DNA of 64,000 nucleotides from Flavobacteriales bacterium (GTDB lineage Bacteria; Bacteroidota; Bacteroidia; Flavobacteriales_C; GCA-002722245): NCBI GenBank assembly GCA_023251075.1, contig JAHEZM010000005.1, positions 24,753 to 88,752 of the forward strand, read 5' to 3'. Shown piece by piece: positions 63,783 to 64,000 of this stretch (position 1 is its first letter; each line of letters starts with the position of its first letter). The notes under the pieces were generated by a model. It saw only the letters and a program-made list of their open reading frames with translations, ran no database searches and was not told where the DNA came from. The position numbers and the translations under genes were made by a program.

Positions 63783-64000
63783 TTAATGTGGGTCTGCGCC
63801 TTCTTCTTCATTATTGAATTTTTTTGATAGTATATCATAAGCCCCGTTAACAACCACTTCTGAAGCATTTGAAATTTCTTTGTTCATTGTTATTTCTGTA
63901 AATCCATTTTCAGAAATGCCCGTATTAACCTCGATCATTTTAAAATAATGTTTGTTTTTTTCTGCACTTTTTTCTGCGATGAAAACATAATTTTTTCCTT
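63783..64000 (-). CDS. Partial CDS (3' end only): HlyD-family efflux membrane-fusion protein C-terminus
   Basis: The minus-strand translation ...GKNYVFIAEKSAEKNKHYFKMIEVNTGISENGFTEITMNKEISNASEVVVNGAYDILSKK...* matches the usual C-terminal barrel/MP region of RND/ABC adaptor proteins. Confidence 0.4.
   Translation of the reverse strand, partial: GKNYVFIAEKSAEKNKHYFKMIEVNTGISENGFTEITMNKEISNASEVVVNGAYDILSKKFNNEEEGADPH

Overview
The window is a low-GC (~35%) chromosomal segment of Bacteroidota type. At least 13 secreted proteins end in T9SS sorting domains, either type A (Por_Secre_tail-like, '...YPNPA...') or type B (gliding-motility C-terminal domain, 'F/YxPNAFTPNxDGxND...W.G...'). Other Bacteroidota-typical genes are ECF sigma factors, a fused FeoAB, a ROK kinase and many lipoproteins. 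Layout: (1) 1-10.8 kb holds a compact putative small-molecule biosynthesis operon. Its genes are a MetRS-like class I aaRS paralogue (5'-truncated by the window edge, degenerate KMSKS), an FAD oxidase, a PBP-like protein, an esterase, a rhodanese, and a stand-alone NRPS-type condensation-domain protein with a TubC-like N-terminal dock. On the opposite strand and downstream are two GT2 glycosyltransferases, a TolC-like exporter and a J-domain protein. (2) 10.9-43.7 kb is densely packed with T9SS cargo: glycoside-hydrolase-like enzymes, beta-helix proteins and giant repetitive adhesins (1118-1587 aa, two with near-identical tandem nucleotide repeats). It also holds a lipoprotein with three Kazal-like domains, a LytTR response regulator and a long minus-strand glycan-utilisation-like operon (GH5, outer-membrane barrels, lipoproteins, ROK sugar kinase). 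(3) 43.7-49.8 kb is a decayed mobile island: an IS6-family transposase remnant with terminal IR, a truncated tyrosine recombinase, a zeta-toxin-like P-loop kinase with a small partner, and an RHS/YD-repeat polymorphic toxin followed by YwqK-like immunity genes. A 232-bp imperfect palindromic element with perfect 15-bp termini follows. (4) 49.8-64 kb holds a GH18 enzyme, a second ECF sigma/anti-sigma-like pair, a third giant adhesin paralogue, PgeF, FeoAB plus a Cys-rich mini-protein, two more lipoprotein/T9SS genes and a partial HlyD-type gene at the edge. The most notable system-level signal is a strictly spaced bipartite ECF-type promoter, ACCCAAC(C/G/T)-N16-CGTA(n)TCTTA. It occurs 12 times: in front of most T9SS cargo genes, in front of one ECF sigma gene (autoregulation), in tandem in front of the Kazal-like gene, and once as an orphan in antisense orientation. 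Together with two paralogous modules (ECF sigma, membrane protein with C-terminal beta-barrel-like domain, adjacent giant type-B adhesin), it points to a dedicated ECF regulon for T9SS cargo. No rRNA, tRNA or CRISPR array was seen.
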